Part shown: in pieces, positions 9,061 to 19,246 of the stretch | How the letters are laid out: the number at the start of each line of letters is the position of its first letter | Numbering within the stretch: the stretch's first letter is position 1 | Assembly: GCA_963829055.1 (NCBI GenBank) | Contig: CAWHHI010000004.1 | Location: 704,001-768,000, forward strand | Direction of reading: 5' to 3' | Source: an uncultured Gemmatimonadaceae bacterium | GTDB taxonomy: Bacteria > Gemmatimonadota > Gemmatimonadetes > Gemmatimonadales > Gemmatimonadaceae | Length of the DNA: 64,000 bases | The notes under the pieces: model-generated | The model's input: the letters and a program-made list of their open reading frames with translations, nothing else | Told to the model about the DNA's origin: nothing | Database searches by the model: none | Translations under genes and position numbers: made by a program

Positions 9061-11155
9061 TCAGTCAGCGAGCGCCACCTCGACGAGGTTGTCGTAGAAC
9101 ACTGGCCCGTGGCCCAAGTCCGTCTCGCGCTGCGACGTCGTGGCGTTCGCGTTGGTGCCGTCGGGCGAGAGCTTTCCCCACCAGATCGACGGTGCCCACA
9201 CGACGCCTTCACGAATCGCGTCACCGACGCGCGCGACGGCCGTGAATTCACCGCGGTCGTTGAACACGACCACGCGAGCGCCGGCGGAGATGCCGCGCCG
9301 CTCGGCGTCCGCCGAATGGAGGACGCACTCGGGCTCGGCGTTCTTTCTCAGCGACTCGATGTTCACGAACGTCGAGTTCAGGAAGTAGTGGCGCGGTGAC
9401 GAGATCAGGACGAGCGGGAACCGTGCCGCAAGCTCGGGCGCCGTTTCGGGCAACTCGAGCGGTGGTGTGTAGGTGGGAAGGGGATCGATGCCCATTTCGG
9501 CGAGGCGTGCCGAGTAGAACTCGCACTTGCCGCTGGGCGACGGGAAATTTCCTTCTGCATACGGAAGGTAGGGGCGGGGAACACCGAGGCGTACCCACCC
9601 GCGCTCCTTCAACACGTCGAAGGTCACGCCGCGCATGCGCTCGTGCGGCGTGTCGAGTGCCTGTTTGATGAGCGTGATATCGTCATCGGCGAGCGCGGGA
9701 TGCGTCATCCCCATGCGCTTCGCGATGAGACGGAAGATCTCGCTGTTCGGCTTCGCCTCGCCGAGCGGCTCGATCGCCGGCTGGTTGAGCGACGCGTAGA
9801 GATGTCCATACGCGAGATGGATGTCCCAATGCTCCAGCTGCGTCGTCGCGGGAAGGACGATGTCAGCGTAGTCCGCGGTGTCCGTCTGGAAGTGTTCGAG
9901 CACGACGGTGAACAGGTCCTCCCGAGCGAGCCCACGAAGGACGGCGTTGCGGTCCGGGGTGACCGCCGCGGGGTTGCAGTTGTAGACCACGAGCGCACGC
10001 ACCGGCGGCCCACCTAACGCGCCGTCGGGACTACTCAGCGCTTCGCCAAGCCGGATCATGTTGATCGTGCGGACGGGCGGCGACAGGTCCGGTCGCTCGA
10101 TCGCGGCGTTGTTGAAGCGGAACGTGGCGCTCGTGGAGAGCTGCACTCCGCCGCCTGGCCGTCGCCAGTGCCCCGCAACGCCGGCAGGCATGCAATGGTG
10201 CGCACCGCCATTCCGCCGCCGTAGTGACGCTGCAGCCCGTAGTTCACCCGGATGAACGCTGCGCGGGCGCGCCCGAACTCGCGTCCCAACTCGCGAATCC
10301 GCTCGACCGGCAGGCCGGTGATCGCCGCCACTCGCTCCGGCGGGTACTCGCGTACGCGCTCGCGCAGCTGCTCGGCGCCTAACGTGTACCGCTCGAGGTA
10401 GTCGCTGTCCTCGAGGCCCTCGTCGAAGATCACGTGCATCATCGCGAGCGCGAGCGCCCCGTCAGTGCCAGGCCGGATCGGCAGCCACTCGTCGCACTGC
10501 TCCATCGTCCGCGTGCGCACCGGGTCGATGCCGATGATCGCGCGCACCACGCCGCCGCGCTTCCAGCACGAACGGCCAGAGGTGTGGGTTCGACGTGAGC
10601 GTGTTCGTTCCCCAGAGCAGGACCAGATCGCTCTCCGGGATGCCCTCGCCGTCCGCGCCGAGGTTCGCGCCGACGGTCATCCGCATGCCGACCGTGCCGG
10701 CCATCGAGCAGATCGTGCGATCGAGCTTCGACGCGCCAAGCAGATGGAAGAACCGCCGATCCATCGACGATCCCTGCACGAGCCCCATCGTTCCGGCGTA
10801 CGAATACGGCAGAATTGCCTGCGGACCGTCAGCCGACGTGGCGATCGCGTTCAGACGCTCGGCGATCTCCTCAATCGCCTCGTCCCACGAAATCCTAACG
10901 AATGATCCGGAGCCCTTTTTGCCCCGTGCGTCTCAGCGGGTGCAACACGCGATCTCGATGATACGTTCGCTCGAGATAGCGGTTGACCTTGGCGCACAGG
11001 AAGCCGTTGGTGAACGGGTGCTGCGGGTCGCCGGCGATGCGCGTCGCTCGGCCGTTCTCAACGGTCGTGAGTGTCGCGCATGTGTCAGGGCAATCGTGCG
11101 GACAGGCTCCACGCACGACGCGGGTATCGCTCTCAGGGAGAGTCGCTGTGCTCAC
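9061..11155 (-). CDS. Molybdopterin (DMSO-reductase superfamily) oxidoreductase with N-terminal 4Fe-4S motif; frameshifts near 10923, 10541 and 10176
   Basis: CPHDCPDTC...[48 protein letters not shown], spread over four ORF pieces; no Tat signal seen. Confidence 0.9.
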
Positions 11156-11424
11156 GGACGGGCACGTTCGAGGACAGGATCGGGTCTCTTCGAAAAAGGT
11201 ACGTTGTGGGCACTCGGCGGGCCACGTTGGAATTCCGTCCACCTAATACGTTCGACGGCATTGAGTTACCGCCGGCCCCGAGGTCTGGAACGAGCTCGAC
11301 TGCGCCAAGCGAATGTCGAGTCCCGAGAGTCGGCTGCTCGCGGACATGACGGGACGGAGTTTGCATCAGCGGACTGCATCGGGAAACGCATTGGTGTCCT
11401 TACACTTGGACAACGTGGCTGGCC

Positions 11425-11452
11425 TTGACACAGGGTATCGCCGCCGTAGTTT
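11425..11452 (+). promoter_or_regulatory. Sigma70-type promoter for the small lipoprotein
   Basis: TTGACA (11425-11430), 16-nt spacer, TAGTTT (11447-11452). Confidence 0.7.
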
Positions 11453-11522
11453 TCCCCCCGATCCTGGTACCGCGTGCGCGGTCCATGGCAACCGCTGATA
11501 ATCCCGCTCAAGGAGACTCTCA

Positions 11523-11714
11523 ATGAAGCGCCTGGCCCTTGTCGCCGCCGTACTGGCACTCGCAGCCTGCAAGACGAAGGAAGAGACCCCGGCCGTCGAC
11601 ACCACCGCTGCCCCCGCAATGGCTCCCGCTCCCGCGGACAGCGCCATGAAGATGGACAGCGCGATGAAGATGGACACGAGCATGAAGAAGGACACCACCA
11701 CGAAGAAGCCGTAG
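11523..11714 (+). CDS. Small Met/Lys/Asp-rich lipoprotein (63 aa)
   Basis: AGGAG RBS, signal peptide with lipobox LAAC, repeats DSAMKM-DSAMKM-DTSMKK, own promoter and terminator. Confidence 0.85.
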   Translation: MKRLALVAAVLALAACKTKEETPAVDTTAAPAMAPAPADSAMKMDSAMKMDTSMKKDTTTKKP

Positions 11715-11736
11715 GCTGGTTTCCTGATCCACAATG

Positions 11737-11764
11737 AAGGGCGCGACTTCGGTCGCGCCCTTTT
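11737..11764 (+). terminator. Intrinsic terminator
   Basis: AAGGGCGCGAC-TTCG-GTCGCGCCCTTTT. Confidence 0.9.
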
Positions 11765-11803
11765 GCGTTTCATGCTGTTGGCGCCAGGCGCGCCAACGCG
11801 ACG

Positions 11804-12868
11804 TCAGTCGGGGAAGGGAAGCGTGAGAACGCTGGCGGTCGATTCCCCACCATCCCATCGCACGCGGACCGCCGTCGCCGGCGCGACCTCGCGACGCACC
11901 ATCGCGATCGCGATGCCGCCGAGTCGCGGCGATGCTGCGCTACTGCGGACGTCGCCAACGGGCTTGTCATTTTCGTCGAATAGCAGCGCCCCGCGCGGGA
12001 CCGGCGTCGTGTCGGAATACGTTAGGCCACGCAAATGCCGATTGACGTGCCCGCGGAAATGGACGCGCGCGACCGTTTCCTGGCCTGTATAGCAGCCCTT
12101 CGTGTACGAGATCGCGTGCAGCTCATCGAGGTTCGCTTCCTGTGGAATGGTCGACTCGTCGATGTCGATCCCCCACTCGGGGCGTCCCGCCTCGATCCGC
12201 GCGATCTCCCACGCTTCGAGTCCAGCGGGCACCGCGCCAAGCTCCACCGCGCGGCGCCAGATCTCTCCAACCGTGTCCGCCGGCAGGAACAGGTCGAATC
12301 CTTCCACGCCGACGTCCGGCGTACGCGCGACGAGCACGGGCATGCCGTCGCACTCGGTCACCATATGCGCGAAGGGCGCGAGTGCAGCGAGAGCGTCGGG
12401 ACTGGCGCCGGTGAGCGCCGCGACGATAGCGCGTGCCCGCACACCGAACACGCCAATGTCGGCGAGCACGTCGGTGCGATCCGCATAACGAGTGGCTCGC
12501 GGATTCACGTATTTCTTGATCATCGCCATCCAGCCCGCGGCGGCGCGGACGGGAACGTCGACCAGCAGTTCGTGATCGCGGGCGAATATCCGTATGTCGG
12601 CGATGATCTTTCCGCGAGGCGTGAGCGCGGCCGCGTACTGACCCGTTCCTGGTGAAAGCGCCGCGACGTCGTTGGTCACGAGGCCCGTGAGCGTGTCGAC
12701 TCGCTTCTCACCCTCGAACGACATGCGTGCGCGGTGAGAGCGATCGACGAGGATCGCCGCGCGTCGGAGTGCGGCGTACTCGCTCTCCACTCCCGCGTAC
12801 CGAAGGGCAACGGGGCGACCGGAGATGTCGCCGACGACTGCTTCGGAATGCGCGACCGACACTGTCAT
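11804..12868 (-). CDS. ygfZ: YgfZ/GcvT-family folate-binding protein
   Basis: KGCYTGQETVAR signature; ATGA overlap with the upstream HAD gene. Confidence 0.9.
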   Translation of the reverse strand: MTVSVAHSEAVVGDISGRPVALRYAGVESEYAALRRAAILVDRSHRARMSFEGEKRVDTLTGLVTNDVAALSPGTGQYAAALTPRGKIIADIRIFARDHELLVDVPVRAAAGWMAMIKKYVNPRATRYADRTDVLADIGVFGVRARAIVAALTGASPDALAALAPFAHMVTECDGMPVLVARTPDVGVEGFDLFLPADTVGEIWRRAVELGAVPAGLEAWEIARIEAGRPEWGIDIDESTIPQEANLDELHAISYTKGCYTGQETVARVHFRGHVNRHLRGLTYSDTTPVPRGALLFDENDKPVGDVRSSAASPRLGGIAIAMVRREVAPATAVRVRWDGGESTASVLTLPFPD

Positions 12869-13554
12869 CGCTCGGCTCCGTGCACGCCGTGTGTCACCAG
12901 GTCGAGCGAGCGGACTGCGAGCCCGACGAGGGAAGGGATGAGCGCATCGGCGTCGAGGGCGAGGTGCATGGGCAGAGCTCCGACCACCGCACAACGCAAA
13001 CCCGCGGCCTTCGCGGCGCGAATGCCGGCCGCGCCGTCTTCCAGCGCCACGACATTTCGCGGGACGACCGGCTTCCGACGCGCGAGCCGTTCGAGCGCAC
13101 CGGCGTATTGGGCAGGCGAGGGCTTGGGCGTGAACGCGTCATCATCCGCGATGATGAACTCGAACGCATGGTCCAACTGCGCGAGGTTCAGCGTCTGCTC
13201 GATGTCCTGCCGCGCTGCCCGCGAGACGATACCAAGCCGCGTAGTCCCCTGAAGCGCTTCGATCGCGGCCTGCGCGCCTTCCATGAGGGAGATGCCGGTC
13301 TCGACGAGCGTGGCGAATCGGCGGTCGGCCCGCATGCCTGCAAGCTCAATCCCGGTTTCGTCGATGGCTATCCCGCGGAGCGCGAATGCCGCGCGAATCG
13401 CTGCGCGCACCGGCAGCCCGCTACAGCACTCGCCGTACTCCTCTTCAGTGAGGGTGACGCCGTCGCGTTCAATCGTATCCGTGAGGGCCCGGCGCCGAGC
13501 AACCCGGGTATCCGCTATGACACCATCGAATTCGAAGAGAACGGCATCGATCAT
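12865..13554 (-). CDS. HAD-superfamily (beta-PGM/CbbY-like) protein with an atypical ExD motif I
   Basis: AVLFEFDGVIADT, GIVS, KPSP, ALEDGAAGIRAAKAAG. Confidence 0.85.
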   Translation of the reverse strand: MIDAVLFEFDGVIADTRVARRRALTDTIERDGVTLTEEEYGECCSGLPVRAAIRAAFALRGIAIDETGIELAGMRADRRFATLVETGISLMEGAQAAIEALQGTTRLGIVSRAARQDIEQTLNLAQLDHAFEFIIADDDAFTPKPSPAQYAGALERLARRKPVVPRNVVALEDGAAGIRAAKAAGLRCAVVGALPMHLALDADALIPSLVGLAVRSLDLVTHGVHGAER

Positions 13555-13612
13555 GGGTAGAACAATAACGGGGCGTGAACGCTCACGGGAAACGCCCCCG
13601 TGCCGACAGACG

Positions 13613-14941
13613 TCAGTCCCCGTCCTGACGAGTGGGTTCCGATTGCCGGGTTTCACTCGCTCGTGCGTACGAAGCATCGAGCAGGTCGATCGGGTGAACC
13701 GCACGCGCGCGCGCGTGGGCCAGCCTGAGTCCCGCCCCGATCTGCATGAGACAGCCGGGATTCCCTGTGGCTACCCAGTCTGCACCGGTCGACGCGATAT
13801 GGCGGAGCTTCGGCGCGAGCACGGCATTCGAAGTGGCCGGCTCGAGCAGGTTGTAGATGCCCGCAGCGCCGCAACACTGCTCGGAATCCGTGAGCGGAAG
13901 CAGGGTGAGCTCGGGAATGGCGCGAAGCACCGCCAGGGGCGGCGCCACGACGCGCTGGGCGTGCAGCAAATGGCAGGGCGCATCGTACGTGACGCGCAGC
14001 GGTAGCGGCGCCCCCGGGCGGGGGCCGGCGGCCGCGAGCAGCTCACTCACGTCGCGCACGCGCGCAGCCATCGCGGCGGCTCGATCTGCCCAATGCGGAT
14101 CATCTCCGAGTAGGTGCCCGTACTCCTTCATCATCGCGCCGCAGCCTGCCGCGTTGACGCCAATGAACTCGGCGCCGCTCTTCTCGAACGCCTCGACGTT
14201 CTGTCGGGCGAGCGTGCGCGCGGTCTCGAGGTCGCCCGCATGTGCATGCAGCGCCCCGCAACACGCCTGGTTCGGTGCGCCTCGTACACGATAGTCGTTG
14301 GCTCTGAGCGTGCGACGCGTCGCCCGATTGGTGCGAGCGAACAAGCCGCTCATGACGCAGCCCTCGAGCAGCGCGACGGCGCCCCGCGTTCCCTCCATGC
14401 CAAAGTCGTACTCGCGCTCCGGCAGAGGAAGGCGGGTCGAGGCCAGCATCGCCGAGGCGAACCCGAGCCGACCACCCATGCTCGCCGCGAGAGACGGCAA
14501 ACGGGTCGCGCGAATGATGCGAGACGCGATGAGCATAACGCGGAGCAACGCCTTCTTCGCAAAGACGCCGAGTACGAGCCGTCCCAGCAACGGCGTTGGC
14601 CTAACCTCGCGAAGCGTCGCGCGTGTGGCCTCGAGCAACTGCCCGTACGGGACGCCCGACGGGCACGCAGTCTCACAGGCGCGGCAGCCGAGGCAGCGAT
14701 CGATGTGTGTTTGAAGGCTGGGGTCGTCGAGCGGGATCTCGCCCTCGACTGCTGCGCGCATCAGCACAATGCGACCGCGGGGACTGTCGTTCTCGTCCTC
14801 CAGGTTCACATACGTCGGGCAGGCCTGCAGGCAGAAGCCGCAGTGGACGCACGTCTCGATGCCCGGGATGGCCGCAGCGAGCGGGGTGTCGGGGATCGCG
14901 CAGGGGAGCGATCGACGTCCAGGCAGCGCCGTAGTGGTCAC
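13613..14941 (-). CDS. glcF: Glycolate oxidase iron-sulfur subunit
   Basis: CVHCGFCLQACP and CLGCRACETACP ferredoxin motifs; two CCG domains. Confidence 0.9.
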   Translation of the reverse strand: MTTTALPGRRSLPCAIPDTPLAAAIPGIETCVHCGFCLQACPTYVNLEDENDSPRGRIVLMRAAVEGEIPLDDPSLQTHIDRCLGCRACETACPSGVPYGQLLEATRATLREVRPTPLLGRLVLGVFAKKALLRVMLIASRIIRATRLPSLAASMGGRLGFASAMLASTRLPLPEREYDFGMEGTRGAVALLEGCVMSGLFARTNRATRRTLRANDYRVRGAPNQACCGALHAHAGDLETARTLARQNVEAFEKSGAEFIGVNAAGCGAMMKEYGHLLGDDPHWADRAAAMAARVRDVSELLAAAGPRPGAPLPLRVTYDAPCHLLHAQRVVAPPLAVLRAIPELTLLPLTDSEQCCGAAGIYNLLEPATSNAVLAPKLRHIASTGADWVATGNPGCLMQIGAGLRLAHARARAVHPIDLLDASYARASETRQSEPTRQDGD

Positions 14942-16161
14942 GCTCGGGCGTCTCCGAGGATTCCGGGATTGAGCAGGCGGTGTGGGTCGAACGCGTCCCT
15001 TACCCCGCGCGACAGGGCATCCGACACCACGTCAGGCGACAGCGTAGGCCACAGTGAGGCGGGCAGGCGCTCGAAGATACGAACGTCGCGAGCAGTCGCC
15101 TGCAGGGCATCCACCGCGGCCGACGGCAAGTCTCCGTCCGCGTGAGGCAGGATCACTCTGGCGACCGCGCGGAGCAGACTTCCATGCGCAACGCCATCGC
15201 CAGCCGCGGCCAACCTGCTGGCTGTGGCCCACGTCTCGGCAAACCGAGCCACAGGACTCGAGAGTCGCACGGTTGACGCGTCGGGTGGCTCAATGACTCG
15301 TAGTCGGTTCCACATCTCTGTTGGTACGTCGCTCACGTCTCCGAATTGCGCGAGTGCGTCACGTTGCGCCGCCACCGCTTCCGCATTTCCCGCCAGGCGG
15401 GCGACGATGACGGTGTCGGTTCCGAGGCCGAGGTTCCGAACGAGCGCAGCACTCAGGATCTCGAGCGCGAGCGGCGCAATCGGGGCCGTGCGAAGCCGAG
15501 CGAGGAGGTCGGCGAGCGCGGACTCGGCGTTAGGCACGGCGAGGGCGACGGAGGCGTCCTGCTCTGGAAGGCCGCGCAGTCGGACCGACACCTCGGTGAG
15601 CACACCAAGCGTCCCCCACGCTCCGATGTTGAGCCGGGTGAGGTCGAAGCCGGCGACGTTCTTCACCACGCGGCCGCCGCCCCGGATGATGTCGCCGACG
15701 CCCGTCACGGCCTCCAACCCAAGGACGATGTCGCGCGGAGCCCCCAGGGTTCCGCTCATCGGGCCGGCGGATGCGGTCGCGGCCGTTGCGCCTAACGATC
15801 CGGCGTCGCCGCCCCACGGCGTGAGCGCAAGCCACTGCCCGTGCTGCGCGGTCGCCGCGGAGATCTCGGCCAGCGTCGTTCCGGCGCGCGCCGTGAGGGT
15901 GAGGTCCCCGGGCGTATAGTCGACGATACCGGTGAGGCCGTCGAGCTCTATCCGCCGGGCGTCACGAACCGGGCGGCCCGCACCGAGCCACGTCCCACGA
16001 CCGACGATGCGAAGAGGTGTCCGCCGATCGATCGCGTCGCGCACGATCTCACGGACATCGGCGACGCTCGTCGGACGGGCGGCGGCCGGTGCCGCCGACG
16101 CCGGCAGCGGAGCCGCGGCGGTCGTACGGGCAGCGGCGGCGTCAAACGTTAGGCGTTCCAC
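14938..16161 (-). CDS. glcE: Glycolate oxidase FAD-binding subunit; start approximate
   Basis: YTPGDLTLTARAG, GGRVVKNVAGFDL, FDPHRLLNPG; lies between glcD and glcF. Confidence 0.87.
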   Translation of the reverse strand: MERLTFDAAAARTTAAAPLPASAAPAAARPTSVADVREIVRDAIDRRTPLRIVGRGTWLGAGRPVRDARRIELDGLTGIVDYTPGDLTLTARAGTTLAEISAATAQHGQWLALTPWGGDAGSLGATAATASAGPMSGTLGAPRDIVLGLEAVTGVGDIIRGGGRVVKNVAGFDLTRLNIGAWGTLGVLTEVSVRLRGLPEQDASVALAVPNAESALADLLARLRTAPIAPLALEILSAALVRNLGLGTDTVIVARLAGNAEAVAAQRDALAQFGDVSDVPTEMWNRLRVIEPPDASTVRLSSPVARFAETWATASRLAAAGDGVAHGSLLRAVARVILPHADGDLPSAAVDALQATARDVRIFERLPASLWPTLSPDVVSDALSRGVRDAFDPHRLLNPGILGDARA

Positions 16162-17579
16162 GCTGCCTTCCGTACGCCGTGCCATTCGCGGCAACTGTGA
16201 ACAGGGACAACCTTTCCTGGGTTGGCCCTTCGGTCGGGATCGAAGACCTCGCGAAGCCGGCACATCGCGGCGAGCGACTCGGACGAGAAGATGAGGTCCA
16301 TGTAGTCGAGCTTGTCGAGGCCGATGCCGTGCTCGCCAGTGATCGTGCCTCCAGCCGCGACACAGGCCGCCATGATCTCGCGCATCGCGGCGTGGACGCG
16401 AGCCTGCTCATCGGGATCGTTCGCGTCGTAACCGATATTCGGATGCAGATTACCGTCCCCGGCATGAAACACATTGCACACCGTGATGCGCTGGCGGTGC
16501 GCGATCTCGTGAATGGTCGCCAGAACGTCCGGTAGCCGAGTGCGCGGAATGACCGCGTCCTGCACGACCAGATGCGGGGAGATGCGCCCCATCGCGCCAA
16601 ACGCCTTCTTCCGCCCCTGCCAGAGACGTGCGCGCTCGGCTTCGTCGCGCGCGATCCGGACCGTGCGCGCGCCGGCGGTTTTGCACATCGCCTCGACGCG
16701 CGCGACATCGGTTTCGAGGCCGGCGGTGAGCCCGTCGAGCTCGATCAGCAGGATGGCCTCGGCGTCCACCGGGTAGCCGGCGGCGTAGATCGATGCTTCG
16801 ACGGCGCGGATCGTGGCGCCGTCCATCATCTCGAGTGCCGCCGGGACGATACCAGACGCGATGATCTCCGATGTCGCACGCGCGGCGTCGCCGACTGACG
16901 TGAAGTCGGCGAGCAGCGTCCGTACGGATTGCGGATTCGGCGAGAGTCTGACGGTGACGTCGAGTGCGATGCCGAAGCAGCCCTCCGATCCGACGAAGGC
17001 ACCGAGCAGGTCGTAGCCGTCCGCCTCGCCCTCGGCATTCCCGAGCCGCACGATCTCGCCGTTAGGCAGGATCGCCGTGACCGCGCGAACGTGGTTCAGC
17101 GTCACCCCGTACTTGAGGCAGTGCGGGCCCCCGGCATTCTCGGCGACATTGCCGCCGATCGTGCACGCCGCCTGGCTGGAGGGATCTGGCGCGTAATGCA
17201 GGCCGTACGGCGTCGCTGCTCGCGTCAGTGCGACGTTCACGACGCCGGGTTCCACGACAGCCAGCCGCTCGACGGGATCGACCGAGAGGATGCGCGTGAG
17301 GCGATTGAGTCCGATGAGCACGACATCGTCCGCGAGCGCGCCACCCGACAATCCCGTGCCCGCGCCGCGCGGTACGAACGGAATGCCGCGTTCGGCGAGC
17401 AGCCTAACGACGGCGACCAGCTCGTCGCGCGTGCGCGGAAAGACGCCAAGGCGCGGCTGCTTCGTGTAGCCGGGCAACCCGTCGCTACGGTAGACGACCA
17501 GCTCGCTCGGTCGCGCAAGGACGCTCCGTGCACCGACAATGTCGGCGAGGAGGCTGGGCAACTCGGATGTCACTGTCAC
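16149..17579 (-). CDS. glcD: Glycolate oxidase subunit GlcD (FAD-linked oxidase)
   Basis: RGAGTGLSGG, YAPDPSS, GGPHCLKYG, HAGDGNLHP, GEHGIG. Confidence 0.92.
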   Translation of the reverse strand: MTVTSELPSLLADIVGARSVLARPSELVVYRSDGLPGYTKQPRLGVFPRTRDELVAVVRLLAERGIPFVPRGAGTGLSGGALADDVVLIGLNRLTRILSVDPVERLAVVEPGVVNVALTRAATPYGLHYAPDPSSQAACTIGGNVAENAGGPHCLKYGVTLNHVRAVTAILPNGEIVRLGNAEGEADGYDLLGAFVGSEGCFGIALDVTVRLSPNPQSVRTLLADFTSVGDAARATSEIIASGIVPAALEMMDGATIRAVEASIYAAGYPVDAEAILLIELDGLTAGLETDVARVEAMCKTAGARTVRIARDEAERARLWQGRKKAFGAMGRISPHLVVQDAVIPRTRLPDVLATIHEIAHRQRITVCNVFHAGDGNLHPNIGYDANDPDEQARVHAAMREIMAACVAAGGTITGEHGIGLDKLDYMDLIFSSESLAAMCRLREVFDPDRRANPGKVVPVHSCREWHGVRKAAWNA

Positions 17580-18244
17580 TTGGCGACGTACGGGCCGCGA
17601 CCGTTGCCCTTCGCTCGTCCGTGCACCTTCGCGCGCGCCTCCAGTGAATCGACGGCGCCTGCGAGCATGGTCCCTAACGTTTCCAGCCGCTCGGACGCCA
17701 GCCGCGACTCGAGCAGCGCCTGGCGACGAGAGGGCTCGATGTCGATCAGCGCCGCGATGCCAAACGACAACGAGTTGGCGTCGTCCGGCAGTGTCGGCAG
17801 CGGATCGTGATCATCCGCGAGCGTGCGAGCCGCGCGCCCGACCCGATCGAACAGCCCGCGGACGCGTTTGGCGAGCGGGGCGAGTACTGCCTCGTCCTCC
17901 GGCACATCGTCGTATTCGTCGACTTCCGCGACGCGGTAGGGCGCAGCGGTGACTACGAAGCGCAGCAACGAGAACCGACGGACCCCGTGGACGACGATGT
18001 TGGAGCGCCCGTCCGGCAGGGTGTGCGCGTCGTCCACCTCGGCAATGCAGCCGACCGTGCCTGGCACGAGGTCCGCCTCGCTGACGCCTTCGGCGCGGAA
18101 GACGATGCCGAATCGCGAATCGCCCTCGACGCAATCGGCCAGCAGCTGCCGATACCGCGGCTCGAAAATGTGCAGCGGCAGCGGAGCGCCGGGGAACAGC
18201 ACCAGCGGCAGGGAGAACAGTGGCAGGAGAGAGAGGGGCACCAC
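17576..18244 (-). CDS. LON peptidase substrate-binding (N-terminal) domain protein
   Basis: LPLVLFPGAPLPLHIFEPRYRQL, LPDGRSNI; no AAA or protease domain. The start may be the second GTG at 18241. Confidence 0.9.
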   Translation of the reverse strand: MVPLSLLPLFSLPLVLFPGAPLPLHIFEPRYRQLLADCVEGDSRFGIVFRAEGVSEADLVPGTVGCIAEVDDAHTLPDGRSNIVVHGVRRFSLLRFVVTAAPYRVAEVDEYDDVPEDEAVLAPLAKRVRGLFDRVGRAARTLADDHDPLPTLPDDANSLSFGIAALIDIEPSRRQALLESRLASERLETLGTMLAGAVDSLEARAKVHGRAKGNGRGPYVAK

Positions 18245-18259
18245 GGAAAGGTAAAACCC

Positions 18260-19153
18260 TCAGGCAGTTGTTGCGTCCTCCGGTGGAACGACCAGCAGAA
18301 GCGCATCACGATCGATCCTGTACTCGAGCGGCGAGTTCAACTCGACCAGCTCACCATCAACGGCGACACGGCCGGCACGACGACGAAGCTCGATACGGCA
18401 TTCGTCGACTACGAACGTATCCATGAGCTTTCCGCGATCGATCGCCATGTTGCCTCGCAACGCCGCCGTCACCCCGGCGGCGACCAGGCGCGCGAACGTC
18501 CCGCCGCGCACGACGATCACGTGCAGCCCCCGCCGACCATCCTTCGCGCGGCCTCCCATCGAAGGCAACTGAAGCTCTCGTTCGCCGACGCCCACGAAGA
18601 CGAGCGCGCTCCGATAGCGCCGCATCTCGCCGTCCAGTCGCAGCTCGACCGTGAATGGGCGTACTCGGCCGAGCAACCGAAGTCCGGCGATCAATGTCGC
18701 GAGGCGATATCCGAAGTACCGCTCGATGCGTTCGCGAGTTCGCACGAAAACCACGTACGCACCGACGGAGCTCGTATTGAGGAAGAGTCGGCCGTTGACG
18801 GTGGCGACGTCGGCGGTGATGGTGGTACCGGTAGCCGAGATCCGTGCCGCCTCGGCATGATCGGTTGGGATGCCGTGGTCCTTCGCGAAGTGGTTGAGCG
18901 TGCCGCCAGGAACGACCGACAGCGCCGTCTTCGTCCCCACGAGGGCGGCTGCGGCTTTGGCAACGGTGCCGTCACCTCCAGCGACGACGATGCGATCGGC
19001 GCCAGCACTGACGGCGTTCTCGATCTGCTCGTCCATGGACTCGGGGTCACACGCCTCGACAGTGAAGGCGCCTACCGCTTCAAGGGCGTCGCGTGCTGCC
19101 TTACCGGAGCCGGACTCGAGGTTGACGAAGGCCGGAATTGGCCGTTGTGACAC
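18260..19153 (-). CDS. Diacylglycerol/lipid kinase family protein (DAGKc)
   Basis: VNLESG, AGGDGT, PGGTLNHFA, VDGE; GTG at 19153 preceded by AGGAG. Confidence 0.88.
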   Translation of the reverse strand: MSQRPIPAFVNLESGSGKAARDALEAVGAFTVEACDPESMDEQIENAVSAGADRIVVAGGDGTVAKAAAALVGTKTALSVVPGGTLNHFAKDHGIPTDHAEAARISATGTTITADVATVNGRLFLNTSSVGAYVVFVRTRERIERYFGYRLATLIAGLRLLGRVRPFTVELRLDGEMRRYRSALVFVGVGERELQLPSMGGRAKDGRRGLHVIVVRGGTFARLVAAGVTAALRGNMAIDRGKLMDTFVVDECRIELRRRAGRVAVDGELVELNSPLEYRIDRDALLLVVPPEDATTA

Positions 19154-19246
19154 GGGTGACTCCTGGAGAGGGCGACACGCGCTCACTCCACAGGGCGAAA
19201 AGCGTACCCGTCAATTGTCGAGCGGGGCAGCTGTCCTGCCAGCTGC

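Noticed and set aside
11156..11424. Possible Moco riboswitch or other ncRNA upstream of the molybdoenzyme
   Set aside because: Only a small hairpin (CTCGAC...GTCGAG) is visible, and I could not match Moco, 6S or other consensus features. An Rfam scan would settle it.
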